From contig JAGORN010000001.1 in assembly GCA_018062805.1 (NCBI GenBank), positions 805 through 64,804 on the forward strand: 64,000 nucleotides of DNA, read 5' to 3'. Below, one piece after another: positions 8,180 through 17,590 of the stretch (positions are counted from its first letter, which is position 1; each line of letters starts with the position of its first letter). The stretch is from Candidatus Saccharimonadota bacterium (lineage in GTDB: Bacteria > Patescibacteriota > Saccharimonadia > Saccharimonadales > CAIOMD01). A program made the position numbers and the translations under genes. The notes beneath the pieces were generated by a model. That model ran no database searches. It saw nothing but the letters and a program-made list of their open reading frames with translations, and was not told the origin of the DNA.

Positions 8180-9889
8180 ATGAGAGCAACAAAATTATTC
8201 ACAAAAACTAGTAAAACCGTGCCTGCAGACGAAACTGCTAAAAATGCTCAGTTACTCATCCAGGCTGGTTTTATTCACAAGGAAATGGCTGGGGTTTACG
8301 TATATTTGCCACTGGGCCTTATAGTACTAGAAAAAATTAAGCAAATTGTTCGTGAAGAAATGAATGCGGTAGATAGCCAAGAATTAATGATGACCACTCT
8401 GCAACCAAAAGAACTTTGGGAAAAAACAGACAGATGGGACGACAGCAAGGTTGACAATTGGTTCAAGACCAAACTAGCCAGTGGTGCTGAGCTAGGTGTT
8501 GGCTTGACGCATGAAGAACCAGTCGTCGATGCTGTCAGTCAATACTTAAAATCCTACAAGGATATGCCATTTTCGGTTTACCAAATTCAAAATAAGTTTC
8601 GAAATGAACTGCGAGCTAAAAACGGCTTGCTTAGGGGTCGTGAATTTGTCATGAAGGACGCTTATTCTTTTGCCACCAGCGACCTTCAACATAAAGAAAT
8701 ATATGAGAAAATTGCTTCTGCCTACACAAAAGTTTATGACCGACTAGGAATTGGTGATATTACCTTCAGAACCAAAGCCGACGGAGGCTATTTTACAGAA
8801 AAATTAAGCGACGAATACCAGACCATGAGCCAAGCAGGTGAAGATAAAGTCTTTTTTGTTAAAGAAGATAATATCTATTACAATCAAGAAGTGGCGCCCT
8901 CTAAGGCCCTAGATCTAGATTTAAAAGACGAGCCTTTAGCCGATTTTCAGGAAGTTAAAGCAGAAAATATTATTGGGGCCACTGAGCTTGCCAAGCATTT
9001 TAAATTGCGGCTCGAGCAAACAACCAAGACAATTTTTTACACTTCAGCTAGCGGTAAAATGATTGCCGCGGTGGTTCGTGGTGACTATGATATTAACGAA
9101 ATAAAACTAGCCAGAAGTGCTGGCATTAGTTCGTTGTTGTTAGCCAACGAAGAAACGGTCAAAAAAATAACAGGCGCCAGTGTTGGCTACGCTGGTTTAA
9201 TTAATCTGCCAGCAGAAGTGGATATTTTTGTAGATGAATCTTGCCAAAATTTAATGAATTTTGAAATGGGTACCAATAAAACTGGCTATCATGCAATTAA
9301 CGTGAACTGGGGAAGAGATGTTAAACAACCGGCTCAATACTATGACATAAAAGTTGCCAAAGAAGGCGATATTAACCCTGAGACAGGTAAAAAGTATGCC
9401 ATGCACCGGGCGGTTGAAGTTGGTAATATTTTCCCTCTCGAATCTAAATACACCGATGCGCTCGGTTTATACTACAGCGATCAAAACGGCGATAATCAGT
9501 CGATAATAATGGGTTGTTACGGCATAGGCATCAGTCGCTTAATGGGTGTGCTGGCAGAATTATTTGCCGACGACAAAGGTTTAGTCTGGCCTGAGTCAGT
9601 AGCGCCATTTAAAGTCTTTTTAGCTCAAATTGGCGTAGATGACCAAGTTTCAGCAGAGTGCCAGAAGTTATACGATGAACTAAGTAACGATGCTATTGAA
9701 GTGTTCTGGGACGACCGGCAAGTTCGTCCAGGTGAAAAATTTGCCGACGCTGACCTTTATGGTATTCCTTATAGACTGGTTGTGAGTCAAAAAACTATCC
9801 AATCTGGTGTTTATGAGCTAAAAAAGAGAACCGACAATGACCTCAAAATGATTAATAAAAATGAGTTGTTTAAAATATTGGCAAGCTAG
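8180..9889 (+). CDS. proS: prolyl-tRNA synthetase (bacterial type with editing insertion)
   Basis: MRATKLFTKTSKTVPADETAKNAQLLIQAGFI, FRNELRAKNGLLRGREFVMKDAYSF (class II motif 2) and GCYGIGISR (motif 3). TGgTATAAT at 8163-8171 lies 8 nt from ATG 8180. Confidence 0.95.
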   Translation: MRATKLFTKTSKTVPADETAKNAQLLIQAGFIHKEMAGVYVYLPLGLIVLEKIKQIVREEMNAVDSQELMMTTLQPKELWEKTDRWDDSKVDNWFKTKLASGAELGVGLTHEEPVVDAVSQYLKSYKDMPFSVYQIQNKFRNELRAKNGLLRGREFVMKDAYSFATSDLQHKEIYEKIASAYTKVYDRLGIGDITFRTKADGGYFTEKLSDEYQTMSQAGEDKVFFVKEDNIYYNQEVAPSKALDLDLKDEPLADFQEVKAENIIGATELAKHFKLRLEQTTKTIFYTSASGKMIAAVVRGDYDINEIKLARSAGISSLLLANEETVKKITGASVGYAGLINLPAEVDIFVDESCQNLMNFEMGTNKTGYHAINVNWGRDVKQPAQYYDIKVAKEGDINPETGKKYAMHRAVEVGNIFPLESKYTDALGLYYSDQNGDNQSIIMGCYGIGISRLMGVLAELFADDKGLVWPESVAPFKVFLAQIGVDDQVSAECQKLYDELSNDAIEVFWDDRQVRPGEKFADADLYGIPYRLVVSQKTIQSGVYELKKRTDNDLKMINKNELFKILAS

Positions 9890-9985
9890 GTTGTTTACTG
9901 TATACTACCGTTACCAAAGTGGTGGACGGTATCCTAAAAACAAACCAATAAAACCGTTATTTTCAATAGAAAGAGGGAACAATAA

Positions 9986-10444
9986 ATGAAGAAGTTATAC
10001 AAACTGACTAAAGATGGTGTTAAAGAGTTGCAGGCCGAGCTAGATAAGCTAATTGCCGAGCGACCAGAGATAACTGACCGCATTAAAACAGCTCGCGAAA
10101 TGGGCGACCTCAGCGAAAATGCCGAATACGCATCTGCTCGGAACGAACAGGCTACGGCTGAGGCTCGCATTGCCGAACTTGAGCACATTCTGAAAAACGT
10201 AGAGCTTATAAAGGCGCCTAAGTCAGAAGACACGGTTCATATTGGTTCAAAGGTTAAGCTTAGTGGTGCTAAAGGCGAAAAAACTTTTCAAGTTGTTGGT
10301 ACCGTAGAGGCGGACCCGCTAGAAGGCAAAATTAGCGATGAATCACCAATTGGACAAGCGCTCATTGGTAAAAAAGTTGGCGAAAATGTCGAGATCGTTA
10401 CGCCGACAGAAACCCTAACATATAAAATTATTGAAATTAGCTAA
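9986..10444 (+). CDS. greA: transcription elongation factor GreA
   Basis: GDLSENAEYASARNEQATAEARIAELE is the coiled-coil signature and ISDESPIGQALIGKKVGE the C-terminal domain. Confidence 0.92.
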   Translation: MKKLYKLTKDGVKELQAELDKLIAERPEITDRIKTAREMGDLSENAEYASARNEQATAEARIAELEHILKNVELIKAPKSEDTVHIGSKVKLSGAKGEKTFQVVGTVEADPLEGKISDESPIGQALIGKKVGENVEIVTPTETLTYKIIEIS

Positions 10445-10512
10445 AAAAATCTAAATTCTAAGCTACTTTTTATGGGTTAAGCTAGCTTTGCTCATGTATA
10501 CTATTAAACTAT

Positions 10513-12018
10513 ATGGCTAATTTAAAAGAACTCAGAGACGAGCGCTTAAGAAAGTTAAACGAGCTACGGCAGTTAGGAGTCGACCCTTACCCAGCTAGTG
10601 TTACGAGAACAAACTATAACACCGAGGTTCAGTCTAAATTCGACAAGCTAGAAGGTTCGAATGTAAGTGTAGTTGGTCGTATAAAAAGTATCCGCAAATT
10701 CGGTAAAATAGCTTTCATTGTTATTAAAGACAATAGTGGCGAACTTCAGTTATTTTTGAAAAACGATACCCTAGGCTCTCTGGACCCTGAAACTAGTCAG
10801 TTGGGATTAGAACAGCTTCCACTACTTGATAGTGGCGATTTTATAGAAGCTAGCGGGGAGGTCATAAAAACTCAGACTGGCGAAGTCTCAGTAGCGGTCG
10901 AGAAACTTAGGCTTCTAACGAAGAGCTTAAGACCTTTGCCAACAGACCAAGATGGCTTTACCAACAAAGAAGAGCGAATGCGTCGTCGTTACGTCGACAT
11001 GGCGGTCAATAATAATGTCCGAGATCGGTTTATTAGAAGAAGTAAGTTTTGGCAAGCTACCAGAGATTTTTTGAACCAAAATGGTTTTTATGAAATAAAT
11101 ATCCCTGTTTTAGAGCATACAACTGGTGGGGCAGACGCCAACCCGTTCGTCACCCATATGGATGCCCTTGACCAAGACTTTTACCTAAGAATTAGCCATG
11201 AGTTGCCACTTAAGCGTTTGCTTGGTGGTGGTTACGAAAAAGTTTATGACATTGGTCCACGATTCAGGAACGAAAACTATAGCGATGAACACCTGCCTGA
11301 GCATGTAGCTATGGAGTGGTATGCGGCTTATTGGGACTGGCAAGACGGCATGAAGTTCATGACCGACATGTATAAATATGTACTCAAGGAAACTTTTCAT
11401 TCACTCAAGTTTAAGTTAGGCAATTTTGAAGTTGATCTTGCTAAAGACTGGGAACAGCTAGATTACCAGACTATCATTAAAGAAAAATACGGGGTAGATG
11501 TTTTTAATTGCACTCTAGAAGAAGTGACCCAAGTTCTTAAAGAAAATAATCTCGAAGTTGAAAAATCTGACAATGTAGCAAGAATTATAGACAAGTTATG
11601 GAAAAACATTAGAAAAGACATTGCAGGCCCGGCCTGGTTAATTAACACTCCTAAATTTATTAGTCCGTTGTCTAAAACTAGCTTAGTGAACCCAAATGTC
11701 GTACAGCGTTTCCAGCCTATTATAGCTGGTAGTGAGCTAGGTAATGGTTTTAGTGAGCTCAACGACCCAGTTGACCAGCTAAACCGTTTTCTAGAGCAAC
11801 AAAAAATGCGTGATGCAGGAGACGAAGAAGCAATGATGCTCGATATCGACTATGTTGAAATGCTTGAATACGGCATGCCACCAGCTTGTGGTTGGGGTTT
11901 TTCTGAAAGGGTCTTTTGGGTATTTGAGGGTGTTAGCGCCCGTGAAGGCGTACCATTCCCCCAGCTAAAGAGCGAAATTGACGAAGTTACTAAAGGTATT
12001 TACCCGGACATTTTCTAG
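10513..12018 (+). CDS. lysS: lysyl-tRNA synthetase, class II
   Basis: OB-fold N-terminus, YDIGPRFRNENYSDEHLPEHVAMEWY (motif 2 region), GSELGNGFSELNDP and PPACGWGFSERV. Confidence 0.93.
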   Translation: MANLKELRDERLRKLNELRQLGVDPYPASVTRTNYNTEVQSKFDKLEGSNVSVVGRIKSIRKFGKIAFIVIKDNSGELQLFLKNDTLGSLDPETSQLGLEQLPLLDSGDFIEASGEVIKTQTGEVSVAVEKLRLLTKSLRPLPTDQDGFTNKEERMRRRYVDMAVNNNVRDRFIRRSKFWQATRDFLNQNGFYEINIPVLEHTTGGADANPFVTHMDALDQDFYLRISHELPLKRLLGGGYEKVYDIGPRFRNENYSDEHLPEHVAMEWYAAYWDWQDGMKFMTDMYKYVLKETFHSLKFKLGNFEVDLAKDWEQLDYQTIIKEKYGVDVFNCTLEEVTQVLKENNLEVEKSDNVARIIDKLWKNIRKDIAGPAWLINTPKFISPLSKTSLVNPNVVQRFQPIIAGSELGNGFSELNDPVDQLNRFLEQQKMRDAGDEEAMMLDIDYVEMLEYGMPPACGWGFSERVFWVFEGVSAREGVPFPQLKSEIDEVTKGIYPDIF

Positions 12019-12030
12019 GTAGCTGAAATT

Positions 12031-12693
12031 ATGCTCAAGCAATACAAGAATATTTTTCAACCGAAAAATGAATGGTTGGCTGCTGGTGGAGTACTCGCAT
12101 TTTTAGTGTTTGGTGTATTTTTGTATTATTTTGGTCTGGAGTTTATTTTACTTTTTACACCGGTTATTTTGAGCGTTATTTTAATTCTGATGCTTTATTT
12201 TTGGCACCAGCCATTAAAAATTAAATATTGGTCTTTAGCGATTGTTACAATTTTTGGCTACTTGGTTGAGGTGGTTGGTATAAAAACAGGCTTGCTGTTT
12301 GGAGACTACAGCTATGGAAACTTACTGGGTTGGAAAATCTTCTCAACACCAATAATAATCGGCCTGCTGTGGTTTATTGTCAGCCTAAGTTCCTGGCAAA
12401 TTGCCGGCCTTTATCGTAAAAACAGGTTGATAACTTACGCATTGGCTCTTATTTTACTCATCAGCTTCGACTTAATTTTAGAACAATTCGCTATAAGTTA
12501 TAAGCTTTGGTTTTGGCCTGGTAATGTTGTTCCACTTTACAATTATATTAGCTGGGCAATTGTTGGAATTTTAATATTCGTATTCTATGACAAGTTTCTG
12601 GTGAAAGGTAAATCCCTTAGTCCATTCATCATGCTAGTTTTGCCAATTTTAAGTATTTATATGTGGCTCATGCTAGTGATTAGTTATTTATAG
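12031..12693 (+). CDS. integral membrane protein (about 7 TM helices), function unknown
   Basis: Strongly hydrophobic 220-aa ORF. It might belong to the carotenoid-biosynthesis/DUF422-like membrane family, but I cannot verify that. Confidence 0.6.
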   Translation: MLKQYKNIFQPKNEWLAAGGVLAFLVFGVFLYYFGLEFILLFTPVILSVILILMLYFWHQPLKIKYWSLAIVTIFGYLVEVVGIKTGLLFGDYSYGNLLGWKIFSTPIIIGLLWFIVSLSSWQIAGLYRKNRLITYALALILLISFDLILEQFAISYKLWFWPGNVVPLYNYISWAIVGILIFVFYDKFLVKGKSLSPFIMLVLPILSIYMWLMLVISYL

Positions 12694-12857
12694 TCTCAGT
12701 AATTTCTAAGTATAAGACTATAAATTAGAACCATAAGCGACAAAAAGCTTATAACATTTAGATAGAGTACCAATGAAAAGTAGACCGCAGTTTTTAGTCT
12801 CCTTTAAACTGCGCCTACAGGTACAAAAAAACTAAGTCAATAAGAGGAGGTTAGTAA

Positions 12858-13037
12858 ATGAAGAAGCGAATTGGTAAGCGGATCAGTAGTAACCTAAGGA
12901 CTTTAAAAGAAGATTTGAGGGTGCTACAAAAGCAAGTCACTAAACAGAGTGTTTATGCTAGGCCATATGCGTATGAGAAGAGATATACTAAGCACCGCAA
13001 TAATTTGATTAACGATTACATTGGAGGAAATATATAA
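12858..13037 (+). CDS. small basic protein (59 aa), paralog of the 13356-13523 sORF
   Basis: Not in the ORF track (under 60 aa). AAGAGGAGG SD at 12842-12850. My translation is MKKRIGKRISSNLRTLKEDLRVLQKQVTKQSVYARPYAYEKRYTKHRNNLINDYIGGNI. Its stop TAA overlaps the ATG of the next gene (TAATG at 13035-13039). Confidence 0.6.
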   Translation: MKKRIGKRISSNLRTLKEDLRVLQKQVTKQSVYARPYAYEKRYTKHRNNLINDYIGGNI

Positions 13038-13246
13038 TGAGATGCCCAGTCGACAACAGTCGACTAACCATCATTGACCGGGCTGGGGTAGAGCTTGAGC
13101 TCTGCCCCGATTGCCGAGGTGTTTGGCTAGAGCGAGATGAGTTAGACAAAATCATGGACAACGTTGGTTTATCTAGTAGAAACTTAATTTATTCTTCCGG
13201 TGCCCGCAGGCAAGATAGCTTTGTTTCTGAGCTATTCGATTTTTAA
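13037..13246 (+). CDS. TFIIB-type zinc-ribbon protein (zf-TFIIB-like)
   Basis: CPVD...GVELELCPDCRGVWLERDELDKI and the C-terminal SELFDF are typical of this small zinc-ribbon family. The first knuckle has only one Cys. Confidence 0.65.
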   Translation: MRCPVDNSRLTIIDRAGVELELCPDCRGVWLERDELDKIMDNVGLSSRNLIYSSGARRQDSFVSELFDF

Positions 13247-13355
13247 CTTAAAGAAGTTATTTGGTTAACTAAAGTATATACTATCTTGTTTAGCAGTAGT
13301 TTCATAGTCTACAATTTTAGTACCACTACTAACTAATTTAGTTTGGAGGGCAGGA

Positions 13356-13523
13356 ATGAGACGAAGCGCAGGTAAGCACATCAAAAACCGTTTGCGTCGC
13401 TTAAACGAAGACTTGCAAGTTCTTCAAAAACAGCTTCGCCACAACAGCGTTTATGCTAGAAATAGGCCACAAAATTCACGCCATCTTAAACACCCAAAAA
13501 GGCCCGAAGAATACTTAATTTGA
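13356..13523 (+). CDS. small basic protein (55 aa), paralog of the 12858-13037 sORF
   Basis: Not in the ORF track. GGAGGG SD at 13345-13350. My translation is MRRSAGKHIKNRLRRLNEDLQVLQKQLRHNSVYARNRPQNSRHLKHPKRPEEYLI. I count 20 of the first 36 residues as identical to the other sORF. Confidence 0.6.
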   Translation: MRRSAGKHIKNRLRRLNEDLQVLQKQLRHNSVYARNRPQNSRHLKHPKRPEEYLI

Positions 13524-13558
13524 AATTAGCCAAACTTGTTTTCATGCAAGTTTAAAAA

Positions 13559-13587
13559 TCTCCCTACCGCCCGGGGAGGTTTTTTTG
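13559..13587 (+). terminator. rho-independent terminator
   Basis: TCTCCC...GGGAGG stem followed by a 7-T run (13580-13586). It is preceded by a second hairpin, AAACTTG/CAAGTTT, at 13532-13553. Confidence 0.65.
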
Positions 13588-13636
13588 TACTTCAAAAAGT
13601 ATAGGAGTATACTAACTCTTACTAAGAGAAACAAAC

Positions 13637-14347
13637 ATGAGGCTACATCGTTTTTACATCACTAACATGCACAACCGTTTTGGCCCTATAAGCATGGGTG
13701 AGGTAGTTTGGATTCATGATGAAAAGCTCTTGCACCAATGGGTAAGGGTACTCCGTTTTAGGCTAGGCGATGAACTTATATTATTCAACGACGAAGAAGA
13801 GAGGTTGTATAAAATAGCGGTTATCGAAGAAGGTTCAATTAAGCTAACAATGATGACCGAGCTGAGCCGTAATTTGCCAACAAAACAGGTATATTTATTC
13901 TGGTCTATATTGAAGAAGGATAAAAACGATTGGGTCATCCAGAAGGCGACCGAGTTAGGCGTTCATAAGTTAGTACCAATTTATTCTGAACGTAACGAAA
14001 GGCAGGGGTTCAATGAAGAGCGCGCCAGAAAAATAATCATTGAGGCGGCCGAGCAGTCGGGCCGCGCAGATATACCTGCAATCCGTGAACCTATAGAGCT
14101 GAACGAGGCAATTAACGAATATGTTACAAAAATGCCACTGCTTATTTGTGAGCAACACGAATCAAACCAACTAAGCATTTCGGGAGTCGACAAATTAGGG
14201 GTTTTGATCGGTCCAGAAGGTGGTTGGAGTGACACAGAAAAAGAACTATTTAAGCAACATAGTTTGAACCATATAAATATCAGCCAGTTTACTCTTCGGG
14301 CAGAAACAGCGGCAATTGTAGCTGTAGCGAAGTTAATGAGTGGTTGA
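13637..14347 (+). CDS. rsmE: 16S rRNA (uracil1498-N3)-methyltransferase
   Basis: MRLHRFY N-terminus, PUA-like region and LIGPEGGWSDTE SPOUT knot motif. Confidence 0.88.
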   Translation: MRLHRFYITNMHNRFGPISMGEVVWIHDEKLLHQWVRVLRFRLGDELILFNDEEERLYKIAVIEEGSIKLTMMTELSRNLPTKQVYLFWSILKKDKNDWVIQKATELGVHKLVPIYSERNERQGFNEERARKIIIEAAEQSGRADIPAIREPIELNEAINEYVTKMPLLICEQHESNQLSISGVDKLGVLIGPEGGWSDTEKELFKQHSLNHINISQFTLRAETAAIVAVAKLMSG

Positions 14348-14429
14348 ACTACTAGCACAATATTCAAAAATATGATATAATATAAGAGTTAAGAGGAAGA
14401 TCTTACTAAAAAGGTCTTAGGAGAAGGAT

Positions 14430-14966
14430 GTGAAACTGTTTAAGCCTGAAAAACACCAAGGAGTAGTAGACCCAAATTTGGAAGATTTTTGGTTAGAAGT
14501 CGAAGCTGCCGAGAACAAGAAAAAGCAGGAAATACTAGGCGCAGTAGCAATTTTTAGCGCCGAATTTGAAAAAATTTTACCGCCTGAAAAAAGAGGTTCA
14601 AAAACTCTAGAGCTCGATGAGCAGGGTTCAAGAATTACTTTTTATAGACACGAGTACCAACTAGGTGTGGTGATCTGTAACATGGTTAGCAACGAACGTA
14701 CAACTGTTGAAATTGCTAATTCTGGTAGTGGACTTGGGCAGTATGTTATGAGCCTTGTCTCTAGAAGTTCTAGTCATGAAGAAACAAGGGTTGTTCAACT
14801 AGAGTTCGACAACGAACCGGTTAAACTGCACAGCTATTCTGATAGCCAAGCTAAGCTACCTAACAGTATCCAGTCAGAACACCCTGCTGAACCCATTTAC
14901 GAGGTTATAAACTTAGTTCATTCTTTGAAGCCAAAAGCCGAACAAACCAACCAACCAGCAGCCTAA
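14430..14966 (+). CDS. hypothetical protein
   Basis: 178-aa ORF with an AGGAGAAGG SD and GTG start. It abuts the next gene with no gap. I recognise no motif. Confidence 0.55.
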   Translation: MKLFKPEKHQGVVDPNLEDFWLEVEAAENKKKQEILGAVAIFSAEFEKILPPEKRGSKTLELDEQGSRITFYRHEYQLGVVICNMVSNERTTVEIANSGSGLGQYVMSLVSRSSSHEETRVVQLEFDNEPVKLHSYSDSQAKLPNSIQSEHPAEPIYEVINLVHSLKPKAEQTNQPAA

Positions 14967-15767
14967 TTGTCTGTTACAATTATTGCTAGCATGGCCTGGC
15001 AACAATATAATCAACCATACAAACCTGGTCAAAAGGAAGCTTACAAACTTAGCCGTTCCAAGCTAGAGCTTTTTAGCCAATGCCCGAGGTGTTTTTGGCT
15101 TGATGCTCGTCTTAAAATTAAGCGGCCCTCAACTCCGCCTTTTCAAATTAATAAAGCCATAGACGAGCTGTTCAAAAACGAGTTTGACAGCTATAGGCTC
15201 AAAAAAAAGCCTCACCCATTAATGGTTAAAAATAAAATTGAGGCTATTCCGTTTAGCCACAAGGACTTAAATAAATGGCGGGAAAATTTTACTGGCGTTC
15301 AAGCTCTTCATAAACCAACTAATTTGATTATTTTTGGTGCAGTTGATGATGTTTGGGTCAATAAAGACGATGAACTTATAGTTGTAGATTATAAAGCCAC
15401 CTCTAAAAAAGGGACCGTCAACCTAGATGCCGATTGGCAACAAAGCTATAAACGACAACTAGAAATATACCAATGGTTACTCAAGCGAAACGGTTTTAAA
15501 GTTAGCCCTCATGGTTATTTCGTGTACACTAATGCCGATTCATCACTCAATCAATTCAATGACACTCTAAAATTTGAAACAGTAGTAATAGAACACATTG
15601 GTAGTACCGAATGGGTAGATGACCTAGTTTTAAAAGCCAAAGAATGCCTCGAAGCAGACATGCCTCCAGTTGGTAAAAGCATTATGGGGGGTGACTGCGA
15701 ATACTGCGCTTACGCCCGCCAAAGAACCGAACTAACTCTCAACCACTTAACTAAAACTAAAAAATAG
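14967..15767 (+). CDS. PD-(D/E)XK nuclease, Cas4/RecB-like, with four Cys (possible Fe-S cluster)
   Basis: GAVDDVWV...LIVVDYKATSKK (D...D-x-K), QLEIYQWLL (QxxxY), N-terminal CPRC and C-terminal CEYC. The start may instead be ATG 14991. Confidence 0.7.
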   Translation: MSVTIIASMAWQQYNQPYKPGQKEAYKLSRSKLELFSQCPRCFWLDARLKIKRPSTPPFQINKAIDELFKNEFDSYRLKKKPHPLMVKNKIEAIPFSHKDLNKWRENFTGVQALHKPTNLIIFGAVDDVWVNKDDELIVVDYKATSKKGTVNLDADWQQSYKRQLEIYQWLLKRNGFKVSPHGYFVYTNADSSLNQFNDTLKFETVVIEHIGSTEWVDDLVLKAKECLEADMPPVGKSIMGGDCEYCAYARQRTELTLNHLTKTKK

Positions 15768-15826
15768 TTTCATGAAAAAGTCTTAAGTTCAAAGATTTTT
15801 AAAACTAAAAGAGTTATAATTTAATC

Positions 15827-17113
15827 ATGATAGATATCCAAATAGTTCGGGGCGACCCAGAACAGGTTAAAAAAATAGTCCAACAAAAAGGATACAAGGT
15901 AGACATCGATAAGTTGTTGCAACTAGATAACGACAGAAAAGAACTACTTCTTAGGGTTGAAGCTCTTCGGCAAAAACGTAATGAAGTAGCAACTAAAATG
16001 AAAAATGGACGACCTGATCAAGCATTGATAGACGAAGGTAAAGAACTTAAAGTGCAACTAGCCGAGCAAGAAAAGTACTTAAAAGAGACTGAAACTGAGC
16101 GTTTTTACTTGCTAAAAGATATACCGAACTTGCCTCTAGAAGATGTACCAGTCGGTACCAGTGAAGCAGACAATGTGGTCGATAAAACTTGGGGTGAAAA
16201 GCCAAGACTAGATTTTGAAGTGAAAAATCATTGGCAAATTGCCGAGGCTCATGACTGGATCGACAAAGAAAGAGCTGCTAAAGTCACAGGTAGTCGGTTT
16301 GCCTATATAAAGGGCGAACTCGTCAGGCTCCAGTTTGCAATAATAAATTATGTTTTTGACACGCTAGGTAATGAGCAGTTACTTACAGAAATAATTTCCG
16401 AGAATAATTTGGACATTGAGCCAAAAAGCTTTACGCCAATATTGCCTCCAGTAATGATAAGGGGTGAAATATACGACCAGATGGACAGGCTGGAACCTCA
16501 GGAAGATCGTTATCAGCTTGGCTTCGAGGACGATATGTGGCTCATTGGCAGTGCTGAGCACACGCTTGGTAGTATGTACGTTAACGAATCAATACCTCCC
16601 AAGCAATTACCAATTAGGCTGATTGGCTATTCAACCAGTTTTAGGCAAGAGGCTGGAACTTACGGTCGAGACATGGAAGGTATTATCAGAATGCATCAGT
16701 TCGACAAGCTAGAAATGGAAGTTTTTAGTGATTCTAGCACCGGTTTGTCTGAGCATAAGCTGCTCATCGCTCTTCAGGAGCACATGGTTCAAGCGCTTAA
16801 CTTGCCATATCAGCGGCTACTAAAATGTACGGCCGATATCGGTAAACCAGATGCTCGAGCCGTCGATATTGAGGTTTGGTTCCCGAGCCAAAACAAGTAC
16901 CGCGAAACACACACTGCTGACTATATGACTGACTATCAAGCGCGACGATTAAATACCAAGTCTGACGGAGAATTAGTCCACACTAACGATGCCACAGCTT
17001 TTGCATTGGGGCGAATCATGGCGGCCATTATTGAAAACTATCAAACCAGCGATGGCCAAGTTAACATTCCTTTAGTTTTAAAACCATACTTAAATGGAAG
17101 GGAGATATTATGA
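15827..17113 (+). CDS. serS: seryl-tRNA synthetase
   Basis: N-terminal coiled coil (MIDIQIVRGDPEQVKK...), FRQEAGTYGRDMEGIIRMHQFDKLEM (motif 2) and the class II core. Confidence 0.93.
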   Translation: MIDIQIVRGDPEQVKKIVQQKGYKVDIDKLLQLDNDRKELLLRVEALRQKRNEVATKMKNGRPDQALIDEGKELKVQLAEQEKYLKETETERFYLLKDIPNLPLEDVPVGTSEADNVVDKTWGEKPRLDFEVKNHWQIAEAHDWIDKERAAKVTGSRFAYIKGELVRLQFAIINYVFDTLGNEQLLTEIISENNLDIEPKSFTPILPPVMIRGEIYDQMDRLEPQEDRYQLGFEDDMWLIGSAEHTLGSMYVNESIPPKQLPIRLIGYSTSFRQEAGTYGRDMEGIIRMHQFDKLEMEVFSDSSTGLSEHKLLIALQEHMVQALNLPYQRLLKCTADIGKPDARAVDIEVWFPSQNKYRETHTADYMTDYQARRLNTKSDGELVHTNDATAFALGRIMAAIIENYQTSDGQVNIPLVLKPYLNGREIL

Positions 17114-17496
17114 TCAAAAAATTAGAAATTGCCGGCATCCACACCGATGTCGAGCCAGATGTCAAAAAATATGTCAAAAAAAAGATCGCCAAACTTGATG
17201 GCTACATGCCTAAGCACGCTCGCAAAAGCGCTCATGCCGAAGTAAAGCTCAAAGAAACGAAAGTAAAAGCTCGTAAAGAAGCCACTTGTGAAGTAATTTT
17301 GTTTTTACCAGGCGAAAAAATCCAAGCCAGCGAAACCACTATTAATATGTATGCAGCAATTGACATAGTCGAAGAAAAACTAAAAACTCAGCTCAAAAAG
17401 TATAAAGATGCCCATAAGCGTTCGCCCCAAAAAGAAACTGGTCGAATCCGCCGTGTCTGGCAGAAAATTGCTAAAAGTAGCGCTCAAACAGACTAG
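17110..17496 (+). CDS. hpf: ribosome hibernation promoting factor / RaiA family (short form)
   Basis: HTDVEPDVKKYVKKKIAKLDGY...MYAAIDIVEEKLKTQLKKYK matches the sigma54-modulation/S30EA fold pattern. ATGA overlap with serS. Confidence 0.8.
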   Translation: MIKKLEIAGIHTDVEPDVKKYVKKKIAKLDGYMPKHARKSAHAEVKLKETKVKARKEATCEVILFLPGEKIQASETTINMYAAIDIVEEKLKTQLKKYKDAHKRSPQKETGRIRRVWQKIAKSSAQTD

Positions 17497-17590
17497 AATT
17501 ATACATTTCGTAAGTAATATTGTGTTACAATATTCCCTAGTAATTTGTCTCATATAGACCAAAACGGGAAAGGGTTAAAGAAAGTAGCTA

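Noticed and set aside
12031-12693. Naming the 220-aa membrane protein as a carotenoid-biosynthesis (DUF422) protein
   Set aside because: The idea rests only on a vague resemblance in size and hydrophobicity pattern. There are no diagnostic motifs I can verify by eye.
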